DNA of 64,000 nt from a virus (Duplodnaviria; Caudoviricetes). The DNA lies in the IMG/VR virus record IMGVR_UViG_3300033069_001940, positions 1 to 64,000 of that record, one strand, 5' to 3'. The position numbers and the translations under genes are program-made. Positions 10,758 through 20,548 of this stretch are shown piece after piece (the stretch's first letter is position 1; every line of letters begins with the position of its first letter). The notes below the pieces were generated by a model that was not told where the DNA came from, searched no databases, and worked only from the letters and a program-made list of their open reading frames with translations.

Positions 10758-11384
10758 ATGCCTGCTACTAGAAATACTAATACAAAACTTTTTGATAGTC
10801 AAAATAACAATAGAACGGCTACTCATTTATCAACTAACATAGTAATTAAAGTTGGTAATAATGTTATTGGCGCTGTTAAATCATTAGACATCACCGAAAG
10901 CCGCGGACAAATTAAAATGATCAATGAAGTTGGGACCGATGGACATATCGATTCTGCCCCAGGTTCTTCAGTTGATATTTCTGGCTCATGTCAAAGAACT
11001 AGATTTGATCGCATGAGAATAGCCGAAGCTTTTGGTCGTTCATTTATTCACGTAGGTTCGCAAAGAATTCCATTCGACATTGAGATTCATGATATTTTTG
11101 CGGATTCTGATCCTAATAATGCTGTCATCACGGTAATTCAAAATGTTTGGATTAAAGATATTCGTTATACTTATAGCTCAGATGACTTTGTTATCGTAGA
11201 TAACATGAGTTGGACCGCTGAAAGAATTTTCAGCTTCCTTAATAACAAAAATGTTGTTCAAGCGACTGCTAATGGTCGAGCTAATCCAATCGTTCTTAAC
11301 GTTTTTGAACAACAAGCTGACATGGGCACTTATACTGGCGCTCTCGATGCCGCCGGCCTCCTCAATGCCTTCATCTCTGGTTAA
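10758..11384 (+). CDS. Tail tube protein
   Basis: 208 aa directly after the sheath. IVIKVG...IGAVKSL.ITE...EVG, IPFDIEI and IQNVWI...YTY..DDFVIV strand pattern of myovirus tube proteins. SD GGAG. Confidence 0.85.
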   Translation: MPATRNTNTKLFDSQNNNRTATHLSTNIVIKVGNNVIGAVKSLDITESRGQIKMINEVGTDGHIDSAPGSSVDISGSCQRTRFDRMRIAEAFGRSFIHVGSQRIPFDIEIHDIFADSDPNNAVITVIQNVWIKDIRYTYSSDDFVIVDNMSWTAERIFSFLNNKNVVQATANGRANPIVLNVFEQQADMGTYTGALDAAGLLNAFISG

Positions 11385-11425
11385 TTCTAACCAAATCCCT
11401 CCTCAAACTCCAAAAAATTTAGATA

Positions 11426-11454
11426 TATCCCCCTTCGGGGGATAATTGTATTCT
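11426..11454 (+). terminator. Hairpin downstream of tail tube gene
   Basis: TATCCCCC-TTC-GGGGGATA 8-bp stem followed by an AT/T-rich tract. Confidence 0.55.
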
Positions 11455-11489
11455 TAATCCGCCAATAATTTAATATTTAAGAGGAAAGT

Positions 11490-12176
11490 ATGACTCAATA
11501 TAATAGTCCATTAGGAAAGAAAACTTTTTCATCTAGTCAAAATCCAAGAATTTTTGATATTCCAGATGAATCAGAGACTTTAGAAGCCAAGCTGAATCAG
11601 CAATCTGCTCCACCACAATATAATGAGGTTAATAGTGCAGAGGGCATTGATCCGACTAAATGGAAACCCGGAGTAGCTGTTCAATTAACTCCAGAACAAT
11701 TTAATGCCATGATGGCTCAGCGTCAAGCTGTCAAAGAAGATGTTAAAAAAGTTAGCCAATTTTCTAGAGAAAGAATAAATATTCTTACCAATATAGGCAG
11801 AGTTAAAGTTCAGGTGCCTATTGGTGAAAATACTTTTACGCTTAGATCTCTTAAAGATAAAGAAGTAAAACAAATTTTTAATAATTTAGGAGATGTTAAA
11901 AATGCCTCGCAACTAGCCTTAGCTCTAAGAACAGGATATTTATCTTATTCAATTTGTGAGATTGATGGGCACCCTATTGCCGATGTACTAGGTATTAGTC
12001 AAACTTCAGATAATTATTATGAAGCAATTGCTGAATTTTTAGAAGAGTCTGAAGATTATGTTATTAATCATCTATATGATAAATATAATGAAATGGTTAA
12101 TGATATTAGAAAAAAGTTTTCAGTCGACACGGATGAAAAATCTAAGGAGGTATTGGAAGAAATAAAAAAATCGTAA
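11490..12176 (+). CDS. Tail assembly chaperone (lambda gpG analogue)
   Basis: Between tube and tape measure. FTLRSL and ICEIDG motifs. Ends in the slippery sequence ATA AAA AAA TCG TAA. Confidence 0.8.
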   Translation: MTQYNSPLGKKTFSSSQNPRIFDIPDESETLEAKLNQQSAPPQYNEVNSAEGIDPTKWKPGVAVQLTPEQFNAMMAQRQAVKEDVKKVSQFSRERINILTNIGRVKVQVPIGENTFTLRSLKDKEVKQIFNNLGDVKNASQLALALRTGYLSYSICEIDGHPIADVLGISQTSDNYYEAIAEFLEESEDYVINHLYDKYNEMVNDIRKKFSVDTDEKSKEVLEEIKKS

Positions 12177-12204
12177 AACAACCAGATCAAAGATTTCACT
12201 GGTT
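12144..12204 (+). promoter_or_regulatory. Programmed -1 ribosomal frameshift signal
   Basis: A-AAA-AAA heptamer at 12164-12170. Internal SD AAGGAGG at 12144-12150 with no suitably spaced start codon. Downstream AACCAG/CTGGTT stem (12180-12204). Confidence 0.8.
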
Positions 12205-12526
12205 TTTATGTAAAACCTTTGGTAAATTACCTGACGATCAATGGTTGGAGGATTTGAATCCTTTTATGAAATTATGGATGTTTGAGTCTTGGTACGCTGA
12301 TCAAGAAGAACAGCATGAGTTTGCTAAAAATTATGCTATTCTAGAAGGATCTTTTACTAATCCAGACGCTGCTAAGAAAATGTTAAAAGCTGATAATCCA
12401 GATTTTGAATCAGATGATGAAAATTACGAAAATATTTCAAAACAAATGATTGAGGAAAATAAGGCAAAAGAAAATAAAAAATCTTTATTAAGTAGAAGAA
12501 GAAAATTAGCCGCTAATAATGGATAA
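12164..12526 (+). CDS. -1 frame extension of tail assembly chaperone (gpGT analogue, fusion about 345 aa)
   Basis: The -1 frame is open from the slippery site (IVKQPDQRFHWFLCKTFGKLPDDQW...) into the listed 12245-12526 ORF, which has only a TTG start. Confidence 0.8.
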   Translation, partial: KKIVKQPDQRFHWFLCKTFGKLPDDQWLEDLNPFMKLWMFESWYADQEEQHEFAKNYAILEGSFTNPDAAKKMLKADNPDFESDDENYENISKQMIEENKAKENKKSLLSRRRKLAANNG

Positions 12527-12528
12527 AC

Positions 12529-14667
12529 ATGGCAGAAATTGACATAGAAACCGCAAAAGCATTACTTTTAAAACCAGAGGTAATGGAATATTTTAATAAG
12601 CATATGAAAGATTTGCCACAACAATTGCAATCTTTTTTTGCAAGCGCTGCATCGGGCGGATTAAAAGCAACTGAAAGTGTTAAAAATGTTGGTGCGGCAA
12701 TTCAGACAATGACCAAAGACATTTCTGAATCAAGCGAACATCTTAAAGGTTTAATTTCAGGATTTGAAGCGCTTCATAATATCAGTTTAGACCATGCAAT
12801 TCAGGGTCTTTTTGGATTAAATAAAGGGTTATCAGAATCGGCCATTAAGGTTGCTGAATTTTATGCAGCTATGTCAGGAAAGATGCCTATATCGGATACC
12901 TTACAGGCTGCCGGCGATCAAGCTAAAGTCACTACTGCTAGTTTAGTCGAAACTGCTAATAGTATAAACGATCATTTTGCTAAAATTGGCAATAAAGCTG
13001 GTCAAGAATTTATGCAAGTTGTTAAGAATATTTCTGCGGTAGCAGAGCCAGCAAAAAGATTTGAAGAAAGCATGACGGCTATGCAAATTTCTTCTGGAAA
13101 TTTAAATAAATTTCTGCAAGAGGTTGGTTCAAATTTTGAAGGACTTCCAAGATATGCTCAAAAATTCTCCGATGTAACTACATCGGTAGGAAATGCAACT
13201 GGAATGACTTCAGCAGAAGTTGCTAAGTACGCTATGCAATTAGGTAAAATACCTGGTGCTTTAGAACAAACAATTAAGTCCTATGAATCTGGGGCCGCCG
13301 GAACAACTATTTTACAAGGCGCCATTACAGTTGCAACAGCGGCGGGAGTTAGCCATAGTGATGTCATTGAGGAAATGAGTAAAAAATATAGAATATTTAA
13401 TACTAGCGGAGAAGATGTTTTAAAACAATTTTCTAGAATGGCTCAAGTTTCTAGAGATGTTAATATGCCGATGGATTTGGTTAAAGGCGCCGTTGAAAGA
13501 ACTAGTCAAGAATTTAAATATTTGGGAGATAATACTTTAGCTTCAATTAATATTTTAGAAAGATTTGGTTCAAGTTTAGAAGGTAAGCTTGGAGTCGGCG
13601 CAATTTCTGAATTAGCCAGCAATGTTATTAGTAGCATGAATAAATTAGATACCGCTCAAAGTGCTTTTTTATCTAAGAGTTCTGGTGGTCCCGGTGGATT
13701 AAGAGGAGCAGCGCAGATTGAGCAATTAAAGTCTGAAGGCCGTACAGATGAAATATTTGATATGGTCAAACAAAGTTTGAATAAACAATTTGGTGGTAAA
13801 ATTGTTACTAGAGAAGAAGCTGCCCAAGATGAAAAAGCAGCCGGTCAATATTATAAGCAAGTTCAATTATTAACACAAGGCCCAACTAAAATGGCTAGTT
13901 CGTCGGCCGAAGCTGCTGCTCTGCTCCAAATGATGAAAGAAGATAAAGGTTATGATAAATCAAAAACTGGCGATAAAGCTTTAAAAGAAACTATGGAGCT
14001 TGGTCAAGACATTCAGAAGAGACATTTAGATCAGTTGCTTTTAATTAGAAATTCTGTTTCAGCTATTGCTAATAGTGTAGCGATTCGCCAATATGATAAT
14101 GTTAGGTCAATGACTGGCAGCGAGGGGCCTGCAAAATCTATGTTTGTAAGCTCAATGATGAAAGAAGAATCTTTAGCGGCGGGAGAAAAAGCTAAAAATG
14201 CCGGGAGAGATCCGCATGCAATTATTTCACAAGCGGTAGAAGATCCGACAGCCATTCTACACGGAAGATTTAAAGATGGTGTGAGTGCTATTATGTCAGA
14301 TGCAAAAGGAAGTTTAGGTAAAATGATGGAAGAGGTAGGATTTACTAGATTCATTCCTAAAGCCTTTCTTAATGAAGGCCCGCAAGCTCCTTCTCAAAGA
14401 GAAATGCCTCAATCCAAACAACAAGTTGTACAAACGATGCAAAAAGTTGAAGATAAAGAAGGTAAATCTGTTCCGCACGTTCATACTCCAGTACCGGCCG
14501 CTCATGGCGGACAAGGAGGCAGAGTAGACGTAGTTTCTCATCATATCTGTAGTTCTTGCAAGAAGACAATAGACTCTCAATTAATAGCCACTGTTATTGG
14601 TGGCGCTATTCAAGAAAGAGAAAATTCTAAAAGAATGGCTCAATTAACTGGGAGCGAAACTCAATAA
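12529..14667 (+). CDS. Tape measure protein
   Basis: 712 aa, Ala/Ser/Gln/Lys-rich, predicted all-helical. Canonical position after the frameshifted chaperones. Confidence 0.75.
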   Translation: MAEIDIETAKALLLKPEVMEYFNKHMKDLPQQLQSFFASAASGGLKATESVKNVGAAIQTMTKDISESSEHLKGLISGFEALHNISLDHAIQGLFGLNKGLSESAIKVAEFYAAMSGKMPISDTLQAAGDQAKVTTASLVETANSINDHFAKIGNKAGQEFMQVVKNISAVAEPAKRFEESMTAMQISSGNLNKFLQEVGSNFEGLPRYAQKFSDVTTSVGNATGMTSAEVAKYAMQLGKIPGALEQTIKSYESGAAGTTILQGAITVATAAGVSHSDVIEEMSKKYRIFNTSGEDVLKQFSRMAQVSRDVNMPMDLVKGAVERTSQEFKYLGDNTLASINILERFGSSLEGKLGVGAISELASNVISSMNKLDTAQSAFLSKSSGGPGGLRGAAQIEQLKSEGRTDEIFDMVKQSLNKQFGGKIVTREEAAQDEKAAGQYYKQVQLLTQGPTKMASSSAEAAALLQMMKEDKGYDKSKTGDKALKETMELGQDIQKRHLDQLLLIRNSVSAIANSVAIRQYDNVRSMTGSEGPAKSMFVSSMMKEESLAAGEKAKNAGRDPHAIISQAVEDPTAILHGRFKDGVSAIMSDAKGSLGKMMEEVGFTRFIPKAFLNEGPQAPSQREMPQSKQQVVQTMQKVEDKEGKSVPHVHTPVPAAHGGQGGRVDVVSHHICSSCKKTIDSQLIATVIGGAIQERENSKRMAQLTGSETQ

Positions 14668-14677
14668 AGGATAATTT

Positions 14678-15562
14678 ATGGCATTCCCTACAATGGACCC
14701 CTTAGCGGCATTTCAAGCCGGAACACAATTTACCAGCGGTGGACAAAAAGTTGATGCTTTTGCCGCCCCAGTTATTCCAGGAGTTAATGGATTTGGTACT
14801 CGCCAATCATCTATTCCAGATCAGAGAATGGCTAGAAGCACTAGAAAATTAATGCGTTGGCTGATTCCAGAGGGGCCAATTATTCAAATGTATATTAATC
14901 CACAAAACGTTTCAATTAGCAATAAAAAAGACATTTCTCATCAAAGAACCAAAGGTGGATATGTTCTGCAATATTGGGGCGAAGGATTAACTACTATTAG
15001 TTTACAAGGAACTACTGGAACTTCTGGGATAGAGGGGATTAATGTTTTGGGTGACGTTTATCGCTCAGAACAATTAGCGTTTGATCCTTATGCTTTATTT
15101 TTAGCCAAAAAAAATTATCAAGATAGTTTTTCAGGTGATGTTTTCGGAACTAATTCCGCTTTAGGCGCAGATAATTTTGTTGGCGCTTTAATGGGTGCGG
15201 CGCAAGAAGCGGGCCCGCAGGCTGGCCAAAACGCCCCTTCGTTAGCTTCATTTGCTTTTACTGTAGAATTATATTGGTCCGGAGAAGTTTATCGAGGATT
15301 CTTTACTGATTTTAATGTAACAGAAAACGCTAATGAGCTTGGATTTTTTAATTATACATTAACATTTCTCGCTACTCAAAAACGTGGCATGCGTCAAAAT
15401 TTCCTTGCTTGGCATCGTTCGGCCACTTCTGGTCCAAGCGGTTATGCTCAATATAGTTTTGGTAATTTATCAGCAGATAATTTAATGCCTGGCGGCGGCG
15501 ACAGAAGCCCAAACACAAGCGAAGATGTTTTATCAGGAATACAGAAATCATTAGGATTTTAA
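14678..15562 (+). CDS. Baseplate tube-initiator / tube-like protein
   Basis: MYINPQN.SI..KK.I...RTKGG....YWGE.L..ISLQGTTG and YRGFF..F.VTE......F.Y.LTF motifs typical of this class. Follows the tape measure gene. Confidence 0.7.
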   Translation: MAFPTMDPLAAFQAGTQFTSGGQKVDAFAAPVIPGVNGFGTRQSSIPDQRMARSTRKLMRWLIPEGPIIQMYINPQNVSISNKKDISHQRTKGGYVLQYWGEGLTTISLQGTTGTSGIEGINVLGDVYRSEQLAFDPYALFLAKKNYQDSFSGDVFGTNSALGADNFVGALMGAAQEAGPQAGQNAPSLASFAFTVELYWSGEVYRGFFTDFNVTENANELGFFNYTLTFLATQKRGMRQNFLAWHRSATSGPSGYAQYSFGNLSADNLMPGGGDRSPNTSEDVLSGIQKSLGF

Positions 15563-15571
15563 AAGGTAAGA

Positions 15572-18500
15572 ATGGCTTTTTTGGACGATCTTGGTTCGGC
15601 TTTATCTTCACAATTAGGAGAGCAATTTGGTTTAGGCAATGGAGGCCCTTCAAGCTTAGATGCTGTGCCTGATAACTCTCCTTTTAGCGATAGTGTTACT
15701 GATATAAAAATGCCATATGGCAAATTAAAAGATTTTGCTAATCAAATAGATCAATCGGCAAATAGATCTTACGTGGAAAGCGGCTCTCTTAGAGGCATTC
15801 GTCCCAGAGCTTTAGAGATAATTATGCAACAGCCCGATGTTACTGTTGTAGTAAAAAAAAGAATGTTCTCTTCTTTGGCCGAAAATTATAAATCTGAATT
15901 AATGAATTCAGATGAAAAATTATTTTTAAAAGCTAGTAAAAGATTATTTCAAAACAAATGCAGAGCTATAGCTGCATATGAAAGATTATCTAAAATTGAA
16001 AAATTAATTAATGCTGGTGTTTTTAATGATAGTATGTTATCTAGCCTTTTTACTTTTGTTGATGTTTTGAATTCATTCGATTCAACAAAAATGTCTACAA
16101 AAACACAAAACGTATTTGATACATTAAAAGAAATTCAAAATTATTCTAATCCAAATACTTTTACCACTTGGACTATGGACCAAAATATTCCTTACACTTC
16201 AGATGCTGGAGAAGGAACTGGAACTTTTGAATTAACTACAATTGCTAGCGTTAACTGGACAAATACTATTTCATTAGGGACAAGTAGCGCGTCTATTACA
16301 TTAGAAGATCCTTATAAATTAATGGTAATTTTCCCAGAAGATATTGATCAAGCAATAGCTGATGTGACTAGTTTATCTCAAAATAGTTTTTTTAAATTAG
16401 CTAAAACCAATTTAGAAAAAGCATCTTCAGATCTTAAAGATAGATTGAATCAAGAGCGTCTTAATAGAGGAGTTTCAACAATTACTTTTTTTGTTAATGA
16501 ACAATCTTTATTATATTACAAAGTTAGAGCAGTAATTGATGGAATTGGAAAAGAAATAAGGTTTTCTTATGATAGCGGAGCCTCATTTGTTTCTTTAGGC
16601 TTAGCTAATTCGGTAGATATTGAGCCGGAGTATTTGATTGAATCAACTACTTCTCTTGATAAAGAAGCTCTTACTGCTAAAGAAGCTGAAATATTTAGCC
16701 AAATAATAGAAAATTTATTTAATTTGATAGCTCAGAAACAAACAACCCAAAATCAAATAAATCAATTCAATAAGAAAATGAACTATGTTCGTAACAAAAT
16801 GAGACTACAATTTAGTGGTAAAAATATAGTTCAGCCAATGGATGAAATTCATATTTATGTTAGTTCAAAAACTTTATTTGATTCAGAGATTAGCAAAGGT
16901 TTAACTGCTAATTTTTCTAATAATTCATTGGTAAATAAATTAAATGATACAGTTGAAGGAATAGATAGTATGATTAGTAATATTAAAGATTCCTTTACTG
17001 GTAAGTCCGGGACTTCTTTAGACATAGAAAAAAATGCAATAGTTGGAGAGGATTTTCCTACTTGGCTTTGGGGTATGATTAGAAATAATATGACACGGCA
17101 AGCTGCTGGAATGCATGTGTTTGGAGGTATTGTAGATTCATGCCCGCACACCGGAAGTGGTAATAAATATACTATGAGTATATCTGTTAAAGGCAATGAT
17201 GCTTATTTTGATTTTGGACAAATAAATATTAATCCTTCTGTTGATGTTTGGAATGGTGATTTATACGATCCTTTAACTCCATTTGATACTAATTTTAATC
17301 CTTCTTCTGGTTTTCTAGATGAGCATCCATCTCTTTTAGATGAGAATAAACAATTATTAAATTCTGGAGTTATTAAAGCCAGATTAGGGAAAAAGACAGG
17401 TCAAATTATTGATGAAAAATCTTGGAGTAATGGTGAAAAGGAGTCTGTCCCATCAGCTTATTCTAATTTATTTAGAACAAAATTTAATGATCCTTATGGT
17501 TTCGTTTATCGGTGGAAGGATGGGATTGGAACTAAAACTATGTTTGGGGAGCCTCATGCTTCAGCTTCTTTTCCAAAAGAATCTTCTCCTAATTTATATA
17601 AAGATCCTTTTATTGGGCAAAATACAATCAATGCTTTATCTTTGTTAGTAACAGGACAGCCGTATGATTTTAGTTCATTTTTAAAAGCAGCACTTTCATC
17701 CGGCACACTCTCCCAAGAAGATCTGGAAAAAGGCGGCGGTGGTAATTCTTATTTAAAAGGATTATTAGGGGATTTGAATCAAAATAATAAAACTTGGGGT
17801 AATTTTTATCCATTTAAACGTTTGACAATTAATGAATTAGCTTACTCTTATATAATTCGTGGTGAATTAGATGTAACTACCAAGAATAGTAAATTAAATT
17901 CGCTATTAAAACAAAGAGCGGCCAGATTTGATCAATTAGTTACAGGGCTTCCAGAGCTTGTTAATAATCCTCAATTTTATACTAGCATAGCCGCAATAGA
18001 TAATGCTAACAAATTAAATCCACAATCTATTCAAACTATTGGTAAAGAAATTATTGAATTGGATATGCAAATTGAAGCTTATACAAATAGTTTTACTAAA
18101 GATATTGATAAATATAGCACTTCACAAAGCGGCAATCTTAATGTTATTGGTAATGATATTACTTTTGAACCATCTTATAATTCTGGCGGAACACAATCAA
18201 AACAAGCTATAAATAAAGAAAATTTTAGAAAGAAATTAAATTATTTAACTCAACGAAGATTATGGCAAGTTAAAGCTAATAAAGATAAAAATTTATTTAT
18301 TGTAGATGATACGTATGATAAAAATCATGATATTCAAGCTTTTGAAGCCGCCCTAGCTTCAGGATCCTTTAGCACGTTTATTAGCACTTATACTACGGTA
18401 AAAGAAAGAATTCAAGCCATCTCTCAATTATTAGGGTTAGAAGTATTTGCTAATAGCCAAGGACATATTGAAGTTAGAATTCCTCAATACAATAGGATGC

Positions 18501-20542
18501 CAAGCAGTGTATTTAGAAATATGCTTGAAAAGAAAGCTAAATCAGGGATTCAATTATATCCAGATTATTTAGAAAGTTTATTTGTAGATCAAATTTCTGG
18601 GCTCACTGATCGCATTGAAATAATTGAAGATCAAATTCGCCTTCAAGCTGCGGCTCTAGGTGCAAAAGGAGATTCTGAAATACCTGATATTTTATCAAGA
18701 GGATCATATTTTGGTTTTGTACTAGTAACCGATTCCAATGGAAAAATTTCTTCTAATGGATTGAAGAATCTTGTATTTCAATCGGAGCCAGATTATAAGG
18801 CTGCTATTTCAGAATTAAAATCTTTAGATAATACTATTTCTACAGCAATATCTTCTAGTAAGATATTTACCGCCACTCAAAGAGTAAATCTTTTAAATTC
18901 AAATTCAACATTTAGTTCTATTACTAATAATTTTGGTGATAATTCTGTTTCAAAATATATTAATGATGTTAGCGTTAGATTGCGTCAAAAAGGAATTGTT
19001 CCGCCAAGTATAAATAATTTACTTGGTTCAAAACTAAGCCCAACAGGAATTAGTCAGTTAAGTTTAATAAAAATTACAGAAACTTTATCACAATTAATCT
19101 CTGAAAGACAATCGCTTTTAAAAATGTTAAATAATTCTGTTAGAAATCTTAATCAAGGATTGAATTTAAATGCAGACCCAAATATTGCTAAAAATTTCTT
19201 GTTTTCCGCTTTAAATAAAAAAAGCGATAATCAATTTCCAGAAATATTAGAACATGTAATAGAAGATGAAGACTATGATGATTTTGGACCAAATTCTGGT
19301 AAAAGATATATAATTAAAGATAGTCAAATAATGAATATTACTATTAATGAAAAATCTCCAGATTGGACTATGGTTGAAGTTAATGGTGCTATTGATAATA
19401 AATTAGTTGATGCTCCCTCAAGCCTTGGAATAAGCTCTGGCGGTGGTAACGCAATGGTTTCTGCTTTTGCTGTAGACTATGATATGTGGAGAATGTACGG
19501 CTTTAAACAAAGCCATCCTGTTCAGGCTCCATTTCTAAGTGACCCAGAATCACAATGCGCTCCTTATGCTGTAGGTATTTTAAATATGGCTAGAAAAAAT
19601 ATTTTGCAAGGAAATGTTTCTATGGTTGGAAACGAATATATTCAACCTGGAGAAGTTTATTATATAGAAGATAGAGACTTATTATTTTACGCTGATTCTG
19701 TTAGCGGTAGTATTTCTTACAATAGCCAATTCCAAACCTCAATGTCATTAAAATATGGTCATTCTCCTGGAGAGTTTATACCAAACATGCTTGACATATT
19801 AGGCAAAGCTTTATATTCAAGAAGAAATCAGGCAGATTTAATTCGTCATGATAGATTTGGAAATTCCTCTGGTGATATTTCTGTTGGCGCTTTAGTTGCT
19901 GACCCAAGTTATTCTGATCCTTTTGATAGTTTATTATTAGGATTTATGGGCAATGATAATAGAAAAACTCTTTATAATCTTTTACTAGCCGCCAGTGGAG
20001 TAGCTAACCCTCCCGAATATGGTAAAGAAATAAAAATAAAACTTCGAGCTTATTATAATTCCGCTGATGCTCAGTCCGCTTTAAAACAATTGAATTTTAA
20101 TTTAGAAAAAGTTTCTAATGCAGTAGTAGAGTGGGTAGTTAATCCAAGAAAAGCTAATTTATTTGGAAAAGAAAAAGACTTATTACCAGACAATACAATC
20201 ACTGATTCTGTACCATTAGATCCTCAATTAATTAGAAAAAGTATAGTATTTGATCCAATTGATTTAGGGCCAGATAAATCAATTGCTAATGCTTCTTCTG
20301 CCGCCTGGGAAATGGCGCGGCAGCTATCAATCTCTAGAAGCGCAGAAATAAAAAATGATCAAAATGCTAAGCTTCGCGAGATGTTATTTAAATATGTTAT
20401 AGATATTTGGATTACATATGAAAATGTTCAGCAGGGAGTTAAGGAAATAAAAAATATTAAAGATCCAATTATCGATCAGGCCACGGCTCAGAAATATGCT
20501 TCTTATCAAGAAAGTTTTAATGATAAGATTAAACAACCATAG
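15572..20542 (+). CDS. Baseplate hub protein (T4 gp27 / late control D-like), greatly enlarged
   Basis: Hub motifs ASITLEDP, VQPMDEIHIY, VFGGIV, LEVFANSQGHIEVRIPQYN and GNVSMVGNEYIQPG...YADSVS.SI......TSMSLKYG, interrupted by helical/coiled-coil inserts. Confidence 0.7.
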   Translation: MAFLDDLGSALSSQLGEQFGLGNGGPSSLDAVPDNSPFSDSVTDIKMPYGKLKDFANQIDQSANRSYVESGSLRGIRPRALEIIMQQPDVTVVVKKRMFSSLAENYKSELMNSDEKLFLKASKRLFQNKCRAIAAYERLSKIEKLINAGVFNDSMLSSLFTFVDVLNSFDSTKMSTKTQNVFDTLKEIQNYSNPNTFTTWTMDQNIPYTSDAGEGTGTFELTTIASVNWTNTISLGTSSASITLEDPYKLMVIFPEDIDQAIADVTSLSQNSFFKLAKTNLEKASSDLKDRLNQERLNRGVSTITFFVNEQSLLYYKVRAVIDGIGKEIRFSYDSGASFVSLGLANSVDIEPEYLIESTTSLDKEALTAKEAEIFSQIIENLFNLIAQKQTTQNQINQFNKKMNYVRNKMRLQFSGKNIVQPMDEIHIYVSSKTLFDSEISKGLTANFSNNSLVNKLNDTVEGIDSMISNIKDSFTGKSGTSLDIEKNAIVGEDFPTWLWGMIRNNMTRQAAGMHVFGGIVDSCPHTGSGNKYTMSISVKGNDAYFDFGQININPSVDVWNGDLYDPLTPFDTNFNPSSGFLDEHPSLLDENKQLLNSGVIKARLGKKTGQIIDEKSWSNGEKESVPSAYSNLFRTKFNDPYGFVYRWKDGIGTKTMFGEPHASASFPKESSPNLYKDPFIGQNTINALSLLVTGQPYDFSSFLKAALSSGTLSQEDLEKGGGGNSYLKGLLGDLNQNNKTWGNFYPFKRLTINELAYSYIIRGELDVTTKNSKLNSLLKQRAARFDQLVTGLPELVNNPQFYTSIAAIDNANKLNPQSIQTIGKEIIELDMQIEAYTNSFTKDIDKYSTSQSGNLNVIGNDITFEPSYNSGGTQSKQAINKENFRKKLNYLTQRRLWQVKANKDKNLFIVDDTYDKNHDIQAFEAALASGSFSTFISTYTTVKERIQAISQLLGLEVFANSQGHIEVRIPQYNRMPSSVFRNMLEKKAKSGIQLYPDYLESLFVDQISGLTDRIEIIEDQIRLQAAALGAKGDSEIPDILSRGSYFGFVLVTDSNGKISSNGLKNLVFQSEPDYKAAISELKSLDNTISTAISSSKIFTATQRVNLLNSNSTFSSITNNFGDNSVSKYINDVSVRLRQKGIVPPSINNLLGSKLSPTGISQLSLIKITETLSQLISERQSLLKMLNNSVRNLNQGLNLNADPNIAKNFLFSALNKKSDNQFPEILEHVIEDEDYDDFGPNSGKRYIIKDSQIMNITINEKSPDWTMVEVNGAIDNKLVDAPSSLGISSGGGNAMVSAFAVDYDMWRMYGFKQSHPVQAPFLSDPESQCAPYAVGILNMARKNILQGNVSMVGNEYIQPGEVYYIEDRDLLFYADSVSGSISYNSQFQTSMSLKYGHSPGEFIPNMLDILGKALYSRRNQADLIRHDRFGNSSGDISVGALVADPSYSDPFDSLLLGFMGNDNRKTLYNLLLAASGVANPPEYGKEIKIKLRAYYNSADAQSALKQLNFNLEKVSNAVVEWVVNPRKANLFGKEKDLLPDNTITDSVPLDPQLIRKSIVFDPIDLGPDKSIANASSAAWEMARQLSISRSAEIKNDQNAKLREMLFKYVIDIWITYENVQQGVKEIKNIKDPIIDQATAQKYASYQESFNDKIKQP

Positions 20543-20548
20543 GAATTT

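Noticed and set aside
12245-12526. Independent 93-aa gene
   Set aside because: Better explained as the -1 frameshift extension of the upstream chaperone.
14540-14565. HHICSSC as a metal-binding site at the tape measure C-terminus
   Set aside because: A single CxxC with no second pair; function cannot be supported from sequence alone.
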